64,000 bases of DNA from Candidatus Eiseniibacteriota bacterium (GCA_044223005.1 JBGAML010000020.1:1-64000), one strand, 5' to 3'. Positions 27,186-37,518 are shown, numbered from the stretch's first letter. Translations and numbers: made by a program. The notes: a model not told the origin generated them from the letters alone.

Positions 27186-28763
27186 TCAGGCGGCCGAACC
27201 GGCCAATGCTCCCGCACCCGCGCGCAGGCGGAACTGACCGACCTGCCCGCGCATCTCCTCGGCCTGCTGCAGCAGGTGCTGCGCGGTGGACGAGAGCTCC
27301 TCGGTCTGCGCGGCGTACTGCTGCGTGACGCTGTCCATCTGCGAGATCGCCTTGTTGACCTGCTCGATCCCGGTGGACTGTTCCTGCGACGAGGCGCTGA
27401 TCTCGCCGACCAGCGAGGCGACCGTGCGAACGTCCTTCACGATCTTCTCGAGCGTCTCGCCCGCCCGGTTCACGAGCGCGGTGCTGTCCTGCACGCGGCT
27501 CGTCGAGTCCTGGATCAGCCCGCGGATCTCGCGCGACGCCGCCGCCGAACGCTGGGCGAGCACCCGCACCTCGCCCGCGACCACCGCGAAGCCGCGCCCC
27601 TGCTCGCCCGCGCGCGCCGCCTCGACCGAGGCGTTGAGCGCGAGCAGGTTGGTCTGGAACGCGATCTCGTCGATCGTGCCGCTGATTTCGCCGATCTTGC
27701 GGGCGGACTGCGACATCGCCTCCATGGACACCACCGCCTCGCGCACGACTTCCCCGCCGTGCTCGGCGCCCTGCCGCGTCTGCGTGGAGTGACCGTCCGC
27801 CTCGTGCGCATGCGCGGCGTTGTTGCGCACGCTCGCCGTCATCTGTTCCAGCGACGCCGCCGTCTCCTCCAGCGCCGACGCCTGCTCCTGCGCTCCCGAG
27901 GAGAGCGCTTCGCTGCCCGAGGCGAGCTCGCGCGCGGCCTGCGCCGTGCGGTCGGCGGCGTCGCGCATGCTCGTCAGGCTGGATTCGAACCGCTCCATCA
28001 TGCGATCGAGCGCCGCTCCCATCTGGCCGAGCTCGTCCTTCGTGTCGAGCGCGACGCGCACGGTCATGTCGCCGGTCGCGGCCTGCTCGGCCCGGGCGAC
28101 GACGAGATGGAGCGGCCGCGTGACGACCCGCGAAAGCCCGACGCCGCAGGCCGACGCGATCACGAGGATGATGAGCCCGTTGAGGATCAGGTTGAGCCGC
28201 GACGACGCCTCCAGCTTCTCGGTCTCGAGCGCGGCCTTGGTGAGGTTGTCCATCTTCTCGGCCTCGAGCTCGTCCAACGCCTTCTCCAACGGGCGCAGGA
28301 TCGCGCCGGCCTCGTCGACCTTGGCGAGCGCCTCGGTGTCGCGGTCTTCGGCGGCGAGGCGCAGCGACTCCTGCCGCAGCGTCCATGCGGCGTCGTACTG
28401 CTCCATGACCTTGGCGGCGCGTTCCTTGTTCTTGGGCTGCTTGATGCGCGCGCGGTACTCGTCCATCGCCTTGCGGAACGCCTTGTCGCACGCGGCCACC
28501 TTGTCCGCATGCGTGCGCACTCCGGCGGCGTCGTGTTCGAGAACCGCGTCCCGCAACTCGCGCGAGATGACCAGTGTCTCGATGTGCGCTTCCTTCAGGT
28601 TGGCGAGGCCGATCGCATGGCGCTGGAACAGGGAGTCGACCTGCGCCTGGATCTGGTTCACCGCGAGCAACGCCATCACGCACATCACGCCCACGAGCAC
28701 GGAGACGACTCCGAAGCCGAGGCCCAGCTTCCAGCGCATCGAAAGGTTGCGGAACCACCGCAT
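27186..28763 (-). CDS. Methyl-accepting chemotaxis protein (4-helix sensor, HAMP)
   Basis: Two TM segments, HAMP (DELGQM), and [34 protein letters not shown]. Confidence 0.95.
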   Translation of the reverse strand: MRWFRNLSMRWKLGLGFGVVSVLVGVMCVMALLAVNQIQAQVDSLFQRHAIGLANLKEAHIETLVISRELRDAVLEHDAAGVRTHADKVAACDKAFRKAMDEYRARIKQPKNKERAAKVMEQYDAAWTLRQESLRLAAEDRDTEALAKVDEAGAILRPLEKALDELEAEKMDNLTKAALETEKLEASSRLNLILNGLIILVIASACGVGLSRVVTRPLHLVVARAEQAATGDMTVRVALDTKDELGQMGAALDRMMERFESSLTSMRDAADRTAQAARELASGSEALSSGAQEQASALEETAASLEQMTASVRNNAAHAHEADGHSTQTRQGAEHGGEVVREAVVSMEAMSQSARKIGEISGTIDEIAFQTNLLALNASVEAARAGEQGRGFAVVAGEVRVLAQRSAAASREIRGLIQDSTSRVQDSTALVNRAGETLEKIVKDVRTVASLVGEISASSQEQSTGIEQVNKAISQMDSVTQQYAAQTEELSSTAQHLLQQAEEMRGQVGQFRLRAGAGALAGSAA

Positions 28764-28886
28764 GGCAGGAAATCTCCACGGCGGCCGCGGCGAGGATGGA
28801 TGCGCACGGGGGACGCCCTACGAGCCTGATCGCGCCCGCGCCATTCGGCGCGAGCGCACCTCGATTTCACGGGGGGCAAGTTCCCA

Positions 28887-28912
28887 GTATCGGTCGCGCG
28901 TCGAGCGCCTGA
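28887..28912 (-). promoter_or_regulatory. Putative sigma28 promoter of the MCP gene
   Basis: Minus strand TCAGG-N13-ACCGATAC. The -10 is identical to the one at 15311; the spacer is 1 nt short. Confidence 0.45.
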
Positions 28913-28955
28913 AGGCACGCGTGGCGCTCGCGACACCTCACAACCTGAAACGCGA

Positions 28956-28981
28956 GGCCCGGCGCCTCTCGGCGCCGGGCC
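28956..28981 (-). terminator. Terminator hairpin after the oxidoreductase operon
   Basis: ggcccggcgcc-tctc-ggcgccgggcc, followed on the minus strand by tcgcgtttc. Confidence 0.6.
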
Positions 28982-29010
28982 AGTGTGTTCGTCGCGTGTG
29001 AAGCGAGCGT

Positions 29011-29907
29011 CTACGTGCCGAACTTCACGCGTTTCTCGAGCCGCGCCCAGCGGGCGTCGGTCTCGGCCTGGATGTGACGGATCTGCTCGTCCGTCAGGTG
29101 CTTGAAACGTCCCTGGCGGCGGACGTACGGCTCCACGGGATCACCGGCGTGGTCCATCGTGAAGCGCCAGCGCTGCCCATCCTCCACTTCGAAGAGCGGG
29201 AACACGCGCGTGTGCACCGCCTGCCGCGCGAGTTCGACGGTCTCTTCGTCGGAGCTGCGCCAGCCCGGGGGGCACGGCGCGAGGATGTGCAGGAATCGCG
29301 TGCCGCGGACGGCCTTGGCCTTCTTCACCTTCTCGACCAGGTCGGCCGGGAACGCGATCGACGCGGTCGCCGCGTATGGAATGCCGTGCGAGGCGAGGAT
29401 CGCGATCATGTCCTTCTTCGGGTGCGACTTCGGCGTGCCCGCGGGCGTCGTCGTCGTCCACGCACCCCACGGGGTCGAGGACGAGCGCTGGATGCCCGTG
29501 TTCATGTACGCCTCGTTGTCGTAGCAGACGTACAGGATGTTCTCGTTGCGCTCGGCGGCACCCGAGAGCGACTGCAGGCCGATGTCGAACGTGCCGCCGT
29601 CACCCGCCCATGCGAGCACCGTCGTGTCCTCGTCGCCCGCCATGTCCAGCGCCGCGCGGATGCCCGAGGCCGTGGAGGCCGCGGTCTCGAACGCGGTGTG
29701 GAAGAGCGGCACGCCGAGCGAGGACTGCGGATACGGGCCGGCGACGATCGTCCAGCAGCACGCGGGCAGCGACACGATCGTCTTCGGGCCCAGCGTCTTC
29801 AGCACGAGCCGCATCGCGAGGCTGCCGCCGCAGCCGGGGCACGCGAGGTGCCCGCTCGCCATCAGTTCCTCGTGCGGGATCAGTTCCTTGATCTGGATCT
29901 GGCTCAT
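29011..29907 (-). CDS. porB: Pyruvate/2-oxoacid:acceptor oxidoreductase beta subunit (TPP-binding)
   Basis: GHLACPGCG, AGDGGTFDIG, YDNEAYMNTGIQRS and APCPPGW motifs. Substrate not certain. Confidence 0.9.
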   Translation of the reverse strand: MSQIQIKELIPHEELMASGHLACPGCGGSLAMRLVLKTLGPKTIVSLPACCWTIVAGPYPQSSLGVPLFHTAFETAASTASGIRAALDMAGDEDTTVLAWAGDGGTFDIGLQSLSGAAERNENILYVCYDNEAYMNTGIQRSSSTPWGAWTTTTPAGTPKSHPKKDMIAILASHGIPYAATASIAFPADLVEKVKKAKAVRGTRFLHILAPCPPGWRSSDEETVELARQAVHTRVFPLFEVEDGQRWRFTMDHAGDPVEPYVRRQGRFKHLTDEQIRHIQAETDARWARLEKRVKFGT

Positions 29908-31073
29908 GCCTTCACCCCCACCCAGACGTCCTCGCGCTGGGGCGTCGCGGCCGCGGAGGCCGCGCGGGCCTTCGCGACGCAGTCCAGGATCGTGGCCGGA
30001 GTCACGTCGCGGCCACCGAGGCCCACGATGAAGCCGTGGATCCGCGGGCGCTTCGCGTCCGGAAGGTCGTAGAGCGCCGCGCGGGTCTCCTCGGCGAAGA
30101 TGCCGCTGTGGCCCGGCGAGATGTTGCGGTCGAGCACGGCGAGATCCGGCACGCCCGCAAGCGCGCGACGCAGGTCCTCGGTCGGGAACGGGCGGAACAT
30201 CTTCACCTTCACGAGGCCCACCTTCTGGCCCTCGTCCCGCAGCTGGTTCACGACGTGGCGCGCCGTCGACGTGATGGTGCCCGAGGTCATGAGCACGAGC
30301 TCGGCGTCCTCGGTCCGGTACGTCTCGATCGGGCCGTAGCCGCGGCCGAAGCGCTTGTTCCAGTCGGCGTCGATGGCGATCATCGCGTCACGCGCGTCCT
30401 CCATCGCTTCCTGCTGGCGCAGCCGCATCTCCATGTAGACGGCCGGCGTCGTGAGCGCGCCGAACGCGTGTGGCTCGTTCACGTCGAGCTTGTAGCGCGC
30501 CTGGCGCGGCGGCAGGAAGTCGTCCACCGCCTCCGGATCCGGAATGTCGACCGGCTCCGACGTGTGCGAAAGGAAGAACGCGTCGAGCACGACCATGACC
30601 GGCAGGTCCACCGCCTCGGCGAGCTTGAACGCCTGGATGGTCGTGTCGAGCACCTCCTGGTTCGTCTCGCAATAAAGCTGGATCCAGCCGGTGTCGCGCT
30701 GGGACAGCGAATCGTTCTGGTCCGTCCACACGGTCCAGCCGGGCGCCATGGCGCGGTTCACGTCGACCATGACGATGGGCAGCCGGCCGCCGCCCGCCCA
30801 GTGCAGCAGCTCGTGCATGAGCGCGAGCCCCTGCGCGGACGTGGCCGTGAACGCGCGCGCGCCGGTAGCGGCGGCGCCGATGCACGCGGCCATGGCGGAG
30901 TGTTCGGACTCGACCTTGATGAAGCGCGCCTTCAGGTCGCCGCTCGCGCACATCTCCGAGAGCTCTTCGACGACCTGCGTCTGCGGCGTGATGGGGTACG
31001 CGGCGATGACCTGCGCGCGCGCGAGCTTGACGCCCCACGACACTGCGTGGTTCCCGATGATGACCTTCTTCAC
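29904..31073 (-). CDS. porA: Pyruvate/2-oxoacid:acceptor oxidoreductase alpha subunit
   Basis: GTG start overlapping the upstream stop. AYPITPQT, ESEHSAM, TATSAQGL and GLGGRD motifs. Confidence 0.9.
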   Translation of the reverse strand: MKKVIIGNHAVSWGVKLARAQVIAAYPITPQTQVVEELSEMCASGDLKARFIKVESEHSAMAACIGAAATGARAFTATSAQGLALMHELLHWAGGGRLPIVMVDVNRAMAPGWTVWTDQNDSLSQRDTGWIQLYCETNQEVLDTTIQAFKLAEAVDLPVMVVLDAFFLSHTSEPVDIPDPEAVDDFLPPRQARYKLDVNEPHAFGALTTPAVYMEMRLRQQEAMEDARDAMIAIDADWNKRFGRGYGPIETYRTEDAELVLMTSGTITSTARHVVNQLRDEGQKVGLVKVKMFRPFPTEDLRRALAGVPDLAVLDRNISPGHSGIFAEETRAALYDLPDAKRPRIHGFIVGLGGRDVTPATILDCVAKARAASAAATPQREDVWVGVKA

Positions 31074-32908
31074 AGGCCCTCCCGCGTCATGGTCATGGCG
31101 CCGCGCGGACATTCGGCGACGCACAGGCCGCACCCCTTGCAGTACTTGTAGGACAGCGAGAACCCATGCCCGCTCGAATGGCGCTTGATCGCCACGTCCG
31201 GGCAGTAGATCAGGCACAGCTCGCAGTCGTTGCACACGCCGCAGTTGAAGCAGCGCTTGGCTTCCGCGATCGCCTCGTCCTGCGCGAGCCCGAGGTTCGA
31301 CTCCGCGAAGTCCGAGCCGCTCTGGCCCGGGGCGCGATGCCGGTCGGGCGTGCTCGGCGAGTGCGTGAAGTACGCCATGTTGAGCTGGTCGAACGGCACG
31401 ACCTCGTTGAGCTCGGCCGCGCGGTGCACGGGATCGTCCCCGCGCCAGCGCGTCATGCTCATGTTGCCCGTGCCGCCATAGCGCAGCGCCTTCGGCTCGA
31501 GCGCCGGCACCGGTTCGCCCGCGCGCGTACGCAGCCAGCGATCGATCCCGATCGCCGCGCGCTTGCCGGAGCCGAGCGCGTGCGCGACGGTGCGCGGCTC
31601 GCCCGACATGTCGCCGCCGGCGAAGTAGCCCTCGCGGCTCGTCTGGCCGAACTCGTCCGTGCGCAGGATGTAGCCGCGGCGGTGCAGATCCGGCGGCAGG
31701 GCCCCCAGGTCCGCTTCGACGCCGGACGCGGTGAGCACCGTGTCGGCCGGCAGCACGAACGAACTGCCGGGCACCGACAGCATGCGCCGCGAGCCGTCGC
31801 CCGCGGGTTGCTCGGGCTGCAGCCGCACGCACGCGACGCCGACGAGGCGCGCATTCGCCGAGGCGGCCTCGCCGCTGTCGAACATGCTGCGGATCGCGTC
31901 GATCGCCGCTTCGTCGTCCGCGTGCTCCGACACCTGCACGCCGACCACGCGCGTGAAGAACTCGAACCGCACGCCCTCACGCAGCGCCTCTTCCACCGCT
32001 TCGGCGTCGGCGCTCATGTCCTCGCGCGCGCCGCTCACGACCACGACCGGTTCGCCGCCGAGCCGCAGTGCCGTCCGCGCGCAGTCGACGGCGGTGTCGC
32101 TGCCCCCGACCACGATCACGCGCCGGCCCGCGTGCCCGCGGCCACCCGCACGCACCTCGTGCAGGAAGTCGATCCCGGGCCGCACGTCGGCGAGGTCCTG
32201 CTCCTGCCACTCGAAGCCCTCGCGGGCCCGCGCGCCGGAGCCGAGGAACACGGCGTCGAAACGCTCGAGATCCTTCCACGGCAGGTTGCCGCCGATCCGG
32301 ACGCCGCACTGGATGCTGACGCCCTCGGCGCGCACGCGCTCGATCTCGCGCACGAGCACCGCGCGCGGCAGCCGGTATTCCGGCACGCCATAGCGCAACC
32401 AGCCGCCCGGCTCGGGATCGGCCTCGAACACCGTCACCGAGTAGCCGAGCCGCGCCAGGTGGTACGCGCAGGCGAGCCCGGAGGGCCCGGAGCCGACCAC
32501 CGCGACGTGCTCGCGACGCGTGCGCGGCGGCGCGCTCGCGCGCGGCGGGTCGGGCAGATCGCCGAGCATGCGCTCGACGGCGTGGATGTTGACGGCTTCG
32601 TCGAACAGCGCGCGGCTGCAGGCGCGCTGGCAGGCGTGATCGCAGACGCGACCGCAGACGCCGGGCAGCGGGTTCTCGCGCAGCATCATCTCGCGCGCTT
32701 CCGCCACCTGGTCCAGGCGGAGGAAGTTCATCACGGCTTCGACGTCGATGCCGACCGGGCAGGCCGCGTTGCAAGGCGCGATCTTGTCCTGGTAGATCGG
32801 CTGGATGTACTTCCACGAACCGGTGCGGTTCGCGAGCGTGGAGCCCGAGCTCACGGAGATCGTGGGAACGCCGTGGGCGATGTCGGGAGCGGCCTTGCCG
32901 TCAGGCAT
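31070..32908 (-). CDS. FAD/NAD(P)-dependent oxidoreductase (GltD/DsrL-like) fused with POR delta-type 2x[4Fe-4S] domain
   Basis: PCNAACP, CGRVCDHACQRAC, VVGSGPSG, VVGGSDTA; C-terminal CNDCELCLIYCP and CKGCGLCVAECP. Confidence 0.9.
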   Translation of the reverse strand: MPDGKAAPDIAHGVPTISVSSGSTLANRTGSWKYIQPIYQDKIAPCNAACPVGIDVEAVMNFLRLDQVAEAREMMLRENPLPGVCGRVCDHACQRACSRALFDEAVNIHAVERMLGDLPDPPRASAPPRTRREHVAVVGSGPSGLACAYHLARLGYSVTVFEADPEPGGWLRYGVPEYRLPRAVLVREIERVRAEGVSIQCGVRIGGNLPWKDLERFDAVFLGSGARAREGFEWQEQDLADVRPGIDFLHEVRAGGRGHAGRRVIVVGGSDTAVDCARTALRLGGEPVVVVSGAREDMSADAEAVEEALREGVRFEFFTRVVGVQVSEHADDEAAIDAIRSMFDSGEAASANARLVGVACVRLQPEQPAGDGSRRMLSVPGSSFVLPADTVLTASGVEADLGALPPDLHRRGYILRTDEFGQTSREGYFAGGDMSGEPRTVAHALGSGKRAAIGIDRWLRTRAGEPVPALEPKALRYGGTGNMSMTRWRGDDPVHRAAELNEVVPFDQLNMAYFTHSPSTPDRHRAPGQSGSDFAESNLGLAQDEAIAEAKRCFNCGVCNDCELCLIYCPDVAIKRHSSGHGFSLSYKYCKGCGLCVAECPRGAMTMTREGL

Positions 32909-33524
32909 GCTCCACCTCCTGGAACGGGATGCGGACGATCGAGCGCGCCGCTTCGCGCGCAGCCTCGATGTTGGCGTCGGCGCGTCCGGGGATCGCCTCG
33001 GTGATCGCCTCGCAGATCGCGTCGAGCCCGACGAGCCCCGAGTCCCCGGCGAACGCGCCGAGGATGGCCGTGTTGACGATCGGCTGCGTCTTGGAGCCGA
33101 GCCCGAACTTGCGCGCGATCGTCGACGCGTCGACGAGCGAGACGCGGAACTGCTGCGCGAGCGACGCGTACGTCTCCGGCCCGCGGTCGGAGTTGATGAG
33201 GATGGTGCCGCCCGGCTGCAGGCCCTGCGTGACGTCGATGGCCTTGATCAGCGTCGGGTCGAGGATGATGAGGTCGTGCGGGTTGGTGATCTCGCAGCGC
33301 AGCAGGATCGGGCCCTGCGAGAAGCGCAGGAACGCCGTCACCGGCGCGCCGCGGCGTTCGACACCGAACGCCGGGAAGGACTGCACCGACTGGCCTTCAC
33401 GGAAGAGGGCGGACGCCAGCACCTTCGAGGCGATGACGGCCCCCTGTCCTCCACGGCCATGGATCCGGAGCTCGCGCACGTCGGCCCGGCGGGCCGGCGA
33501 ACCGGGAGCGGAACGATCGTTCAT
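32901..33524 (-). CDS. 2-oxoacid:acceptor oxidoreductase gamma subunit
   Basis: IHGRGGQG, FGVERRGAPV and NTAILGA motifs. Confidence 0.9.
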   Translation of the reverse strand: MNDRSAPGSPARRADVRELRIHGRGGQGAVIASKVLASALFREGQSVQSFPAFGVERRGAPVTAFLRFSQGPILLRCEITNPHDLIILDPTLIKAIDVTQGLQPGGTILINSDRGPETYASLAQQFRVSLVDASTIARKFGLGSKTQPIVNTAILGAFAGDSGLVGLDAICEAITEAIPGRADANIEAAREAARSIVRIPFQEVEHA

Positions 33525-33626
33525 GGGACGCCTCCACGAGTACGCCGTTGCGACCTTCGGAGCAGCGCCCCGGGCGTGCGGGTGCCGGCGGCGAAGGCGG
33601 AAGCAGATACGTGCCGCCGATCGACC

Positions 33627-33641
33627 GCATGAGGTGTGCCA
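33627..33641 (-). promoter_or_regulatory. Putative sigma54 (-24/-12) promoter of the oxidoreductase operon
   Basis: Minus strand TGGCACACCTCATGC (GG-N10-GC), about 100 nt upstream of ATG 33524. Confidence 0.65.
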
Positions 33642-33920
33642 CGTGCAAGGGCGCCCGGGAGTTAGCGCGAGCGTCCGACGAACGCGGCCGGGAACAAGCG
33701 ATTCGCGTCTCGCGCGGGCCGCCGGCGTGGCAGGGCGCCGCCGGCGGGTCGCGGCCGGGCCGTCATCCTGTCAGTGACCGGCGCGGGGACGTGTCAGGGC
33801 GGCAGGACGCGGCGTCGCGCTCACCCGCGACGCGGGCCCTCCGGCGCCGGGACGCCCGGCTCCCGCGGCCGTGTCACGGCCGTCGCGCCGCGACCCGCGC
33901 GTTTGCTACATTCCGCGCCC

Positions 33921-35750
33921 ATGACCCAACGCCGCTCGTTTCTCCCGCCCATCGGTACCCCCGGCTACTACATCCTCCTCGCCGCCGTCGCCATCCTGGT
34001 CCTGGGCCCCCTCGGGGGCGTCACGGCCGCCTACATGAACTTCTCGCTCGGCTTCTTCGTGGGCGGGCAGGTCCTGGCAGGCATCCTCGGGAGCGTCGTC
34101 ACCTACGGGTACGGCGCCGAGGGCAAGCACGGCGCGAACTACATCCAGACCATGGCCGCTTCGGTGGCCGGGCTCTCCGGCATGGCCGTGCTGATCCAGG
34201 CCATGACCTGGCTGGGCCTGCCGGAGCCGCCGCTCTGGCAGATGGTGCTCTACTTCATGTGCATCGGCATGTTCGGCGTCGGCGTCGGCATGCTCTACAC
34301 GCCGATCCTCGTCGACCGCATGCAGCTCTCGTTCCCCTCCGGCTTCGCGGTCGCGAACATCCTGCGCGCGCTCACCGACATCCGCCTGCTCAAGGAATCC
34401 ATCGCCAAGCTGGGCGGCGGCGCGTTCGCGGGCTTCGCGAGCGGCCTCGCCGTGAGCATCCCGTTCGGCGGCTCGTTCGGCGCGGCGATGGCGAAGTTCT
34501 CCGAATCCGGCTACCAGGCCTCGACGCTCGGCGCGGGCATGATCGTCGGGGCGCGCATCGGCGTGCCCGCGATCGTCGCGGGCGCGCTCGGCACGTGGCT
34601 CGTGCCGTGGCTGCGCACGCACGGCATGCACGACGCGAGCGGCGTCATGACGCCCTACCTCGGGCCGCACGACCCGTTCCGCAAGATCGCCTTCATCTGC
34701 GCGCTCGGCATGATCATGGGCGCGGCGGCCGTCGACATGGCGATGCTCGCCGGCACCGCGATCGCGTCGTTCGGCAAGTCCAAGCCCGCCGCGCCGGCCG
34801 AGGACTGGAAGCGCACCGACAACCGCTTCCTCGTCGGCTGGGTCGCCTTCTGGGCCCTGGCGATCGTGTTCATGGGCGTCGGCGTCCTGCACCTGCCGGC
34901 GACGTTCGTGGTGATCGCGATCGCGCTCGCGTTCGTGTTCCTGATGGTCAACGGCATCTCGCTCGGCATCTCGGACAGCAACCCGATCTCGAGCGCGTTC
35001 GTGCTGACGGTCTTCATCCTGGCCACGATCGGGCTCAAGGACGCCGGCGTCGGCCTGCTCTGCGCGACGATCCTGCTGATCTCGACCAGCGTCGGCGGCG
35101 ACATGCAGCAGGACCGCTCGACGGGCTGGCGGCTCGGCACCAACCGGGCGATCCAGTTCCGCTACCAGGTGATCGGCATCGCGATGGGCGCGGTGATGAG
35201 CGTGGTCCTTGCGCGGCTCTTCATGCGCGCCTACCCCGTGCTCGCGGTGAACCAGTTCGCGAACCCGGGCACGCCCGGCACCGAGAAGTGGCAGGCGGCG
35301 ATGACCTACAAGTTCGTCGGCGCCCTGAACGGGCTCACGCACCCGAACCCGAACGTGATGGTGGCGCTCGGGCTGGGCATCGCGATCGGCCTCGCGACCG
35401 AGATCCTGCGCAAGGTGATCAAGAAGAACGCGGGCTACCAGGCGTGGGTGAAGCGCGGCGGGTTCGCCTACTACCTCGACCTGACGCTCGATTGCGTCGT
35501 GCTGCCGAGCCCGTACGCGTCCAGCTTCGGCGGCTTCGTCGAGTTCGGCACGTCCATGTGGTTCGGTCTCGGCGGCATCTTCAGCTCGCTGCTGCAGACG
35601 TGGCAGGCGCGCCAGCCGCGCAAGTCCGCGCACGACGACCTGCCCGAGGACATGAGCACGATGTCGCTCGTGGGCGGCGGCCTGATCGCGGGCGACTCGC
35701 TGGCGGCCCTCGCGCTCGGGCTCTTCGGACTGCTGAAGACGCTCGGCTGA
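33921..35750 (+). CDS. OPT/YSL family transporter (second, divergent copy)
   Basis: NYIQTMAAS, LSFPSG, GDMQQDRSTG and GGGLIAGDS motifs; many TM segments. Confidence 0.85.
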   Translation: MTQRRSFLPPIGTPGYYILLAAVAILVLGPLGGVTAAYMNFSLGFFVGGQVLAGILGSVVTYGYGAEGKHGANYIQTMAASVAGLSGMAVLIQAMTWLGLPEPPLWQMVLYFMCIGMFGVGVGMLYTPILVDRMQLSFPSGFAVANILRALTDIRLLKESIAKLGGGAFAGFASGLAVSIPFGGSFGAAMAKFSESGYQASTLGAGMIVGARIGVPAIVAGALGTWLVPWLRTHGMHDASGVMTPYLGPHDPFRKIAFICALGMIMGAAAVDMAMLAGTAIASFGKSKPAAPAEDWKRTDNRFLVGWVAFWALAIVFMGVGVLHLPATFVVIAIALAFVFLMVNGISLGISDSNPISSAFVLTVFILATIGLKDAGVGLLCATILLISTSVGGDMQQDRSTGWRLGTNRAIQFRYQVIGIAMGAVMSVVLARLFMRAYPVLAVNQFANPGTPGTEKWQAAMTYKFVGALNGLTHPNPNVMVALGLGIAIGLATEILRKVIKKNAGYQAWVKRGGFAYYLDLTLDCVVLPSPYASSFGGFVEFGTSMWFGLGGIFSSLLQTWQARQPRKSAHDDLPEDMSTMSLVGGGLIAGDSLAALALGLFGLLKTLG

Positions 35751-35767
35751 CGGCCGGCGAAGACGAA

Positions 35768-35800
35768 CGGGCCCGGATCCGCGACGCGGATCCGGGCCCG
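35768..35800. terminator. Inverted repeat/terminator between convergent genes
   Basis: Perfect 16-bp arms: cgggcccggatccgcg-a-cgcggatccgggcccg. Confidence 0.7.
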
Positions 35801-35817
35801 ATGCGTTCGTGCGGGAC

Positions 35818-37275
35818 TCAGCCCCGCATCATCGGCGGCGTCTTCGGCTTGGGCGGCAGCGGCGGCATCACCGCGGGCACGTCGTGCAGGATGTGCGGAC
35901 GGAACACCGAGAACTGGAAGTCGGGGCTCGTGATCTCGGTGTGGCAGCCGCGGCACGTCGCCTCGGGAACGCTCACCCGGGCGGCGGGCCACGCGTCGTG
36001 CTCGGTTCCCATCCCGTGGCAGTTCTCGCACTGCACGTTCGCGAGCTTCGCGGCGTCGTTCACGCCGGCGAAGCCGCCCGGCTTGCCGTAGCCGACCACG
36101 TGGCACTTCTGGCAGTCCTCGGTGGCGTCCTTGCGGACGTCGACCAGCGTCTGCCAGGCCTGCGCGTGGCTGGTAGTCCGCCACTGCGCGTACTCCTTCG
36201 CGTGGCAGCGGCCGCAGAACTCGGCACCGAGATAGTGCGGCGTCGCGTCCTCGAACTCGTTCCAGCCCGTCGCGTTCCCGCCGGTGCGCTTCTTCTGCAG
36301 TTCGCGCTGGTGCTCGTTGAACGCGTCCTCGAACGTGCGCACGCGCTGGAGGACGGCTTTGTTCTCGGGAATCTCGGGGTTCAACTCGAACGTGTGGTTC
36401 TCGCCCGAGGTCATGCGGCCGTCGGCGCCGAGCGTGAGGTCGGTGACGCCGATGTAGTGTCCCTGCTCGCCGCCGTAGTTGGCGACCGTGCCCTTCACCG
36501 TGCGGCCCTGCGGCAGCACCGCGATGTTCAGGCCCACGATCACGGCGTCGATGCCGTCGATCGACGCGACGAGGTCCTCGCTCTCGATGCGGCCGAGGTT
36601 GGAGAGCAGCACGACGACCGTGGCACCGCGCTTGCGCAGTTCGGTCACGGTGGCCTGCGCCGTCGCCAGCGGATCGAGCACCTTCACGGAATCCTTCGCG
36701 GGCCCGAGCTCGGCCTTGTCGGACATCAGCGAGAAGAGGCCGACGTTGACGTTGCCCGACTTGACCAGCCGCCACGGCGGCAGCACCGGCTTGCCGGAGG
36801 CGCGCTCGACGAGGTTGGCGCAGGTCGCGTTCGTCTTGCCGTGCGCGACGACCGCGCGCAGGAAGCCGAGGCCGTACTCGAGCTCGCGATGGCTGATGCC
36901 CACGGCGTCGGCGTTCAGGCGCCCGAGTTCGTCCGCCTGGAACGACGCCTTCTCCATGAAGTCCTCGCCGCCTTCGGGGAACCAGCCGCCACTGTCGACC
37001 AGCAGCACCTGGCCGAACTCGGCGCGGATGCTGTCCGCGAACGCGGCGCGGCGGGCGAACCCACCCTTCGGGATGTGGCAGCCGCACGGGCTGGTCATGC
37101 CCTTCACGTCGGTGGTCGAGAGCACCACGAGGTGATCGGGCCGGGCCACGGTCGGGGTCGCGGGCGTCGCCGCGCTCGCGGACGGCGCCTGGAGCGCGAG
37201 AGCGAACGCGAGGACGAGCGTGGTGCGCGCGACCGTTCGCGCGTGGCGGCGGGCGTCGAGGTTCGGCAGGGACAT
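35818..37275 (-). CDS. UshA/5'-nucleotidase-like (seleno)protein-family domain fused to a tetraheme c554-like cytochrome
   Basis: Signal peptide; TTDVKG...PCGC...GGFARR...LLVDSGG; four CxxCH motifs (CGRCH, CQKCH, CENCH, CRGCH). Confidence 0.8.
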   Translation of the reverse strand: MSLPNLDARRHARTVARTTLVLAFALALQAPSASAATPATPTVARPDHLVVLSTTDVKGMTSPCGCHIPKGGFARRAAFADSIRAEFGQVLLVDSGGWFPEGGEDFMEKASFQADELGRLNADAVGISHRELEYGLGFLRAVVAHGKTNATCANLVERASGKPVLPPWRLVKSGNVNVGLFSLMSDKAELGPAKDSVKVLDPLATAQATVTELRKRGATVVVLLSNLGRIESEDLVASIDGIDAVIVGLNIAVLPQGRTVKGTVANYGGEQGHYIGVTDLTLGADGRMTSGENHTFELNPEIPENKAVLQRVRTFEDAFNEHQRELQKKRTGGNATGWNEFEDATPHYLGAEFCGRCHAKEYAQWRTTSHAQAWQTLVDVRKDATEDCQKCHVVGYGKPGGFAGVNDAAKLANVQCENCHGMGTEHDAWPAARVSVPEATCRGCHTEITSPDFQFSVFRPHILHDVPAVMPPLPPKPKTPPMMRG

Positions 37276-37518
37276 GCCTGAGACTCCTCCAGCACGGTGA
37301 TCGTCGCGATGGCTGCCACTCGGCAGCGAGGCCGCGGGGCCCGCGGTCGGGGCGGCGACCGAGGATTTTGCGGGACGGACGGCGGCCCGCGCAAGCCCTT
37401 CGCGACCCGGAACCGGGGTGCGATGCGCCCAACGGCCCGCTTGCGCGCCCGCGCGAGCCGATGGCATACACTTCCCTGACACGTTGGAGCGAGAACGCCG
37501 TCCCGGGGGCCCCGAATC

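Noticed and set aside
33603..33616. Second sigma54-like site CGGCACGTATCTGC
   Set aside because: GG-to-GC spacing is 9 nt, not the required 10.
37075..37090. Possible selenocysteine at the CxC motif
   Set aside because: Both codons are TGC; there is no in-frame TGA.
37462..37477. TGGCATACACTTCC as a sigma54 promoter
   Set aside because: Lacks the -12 GC.
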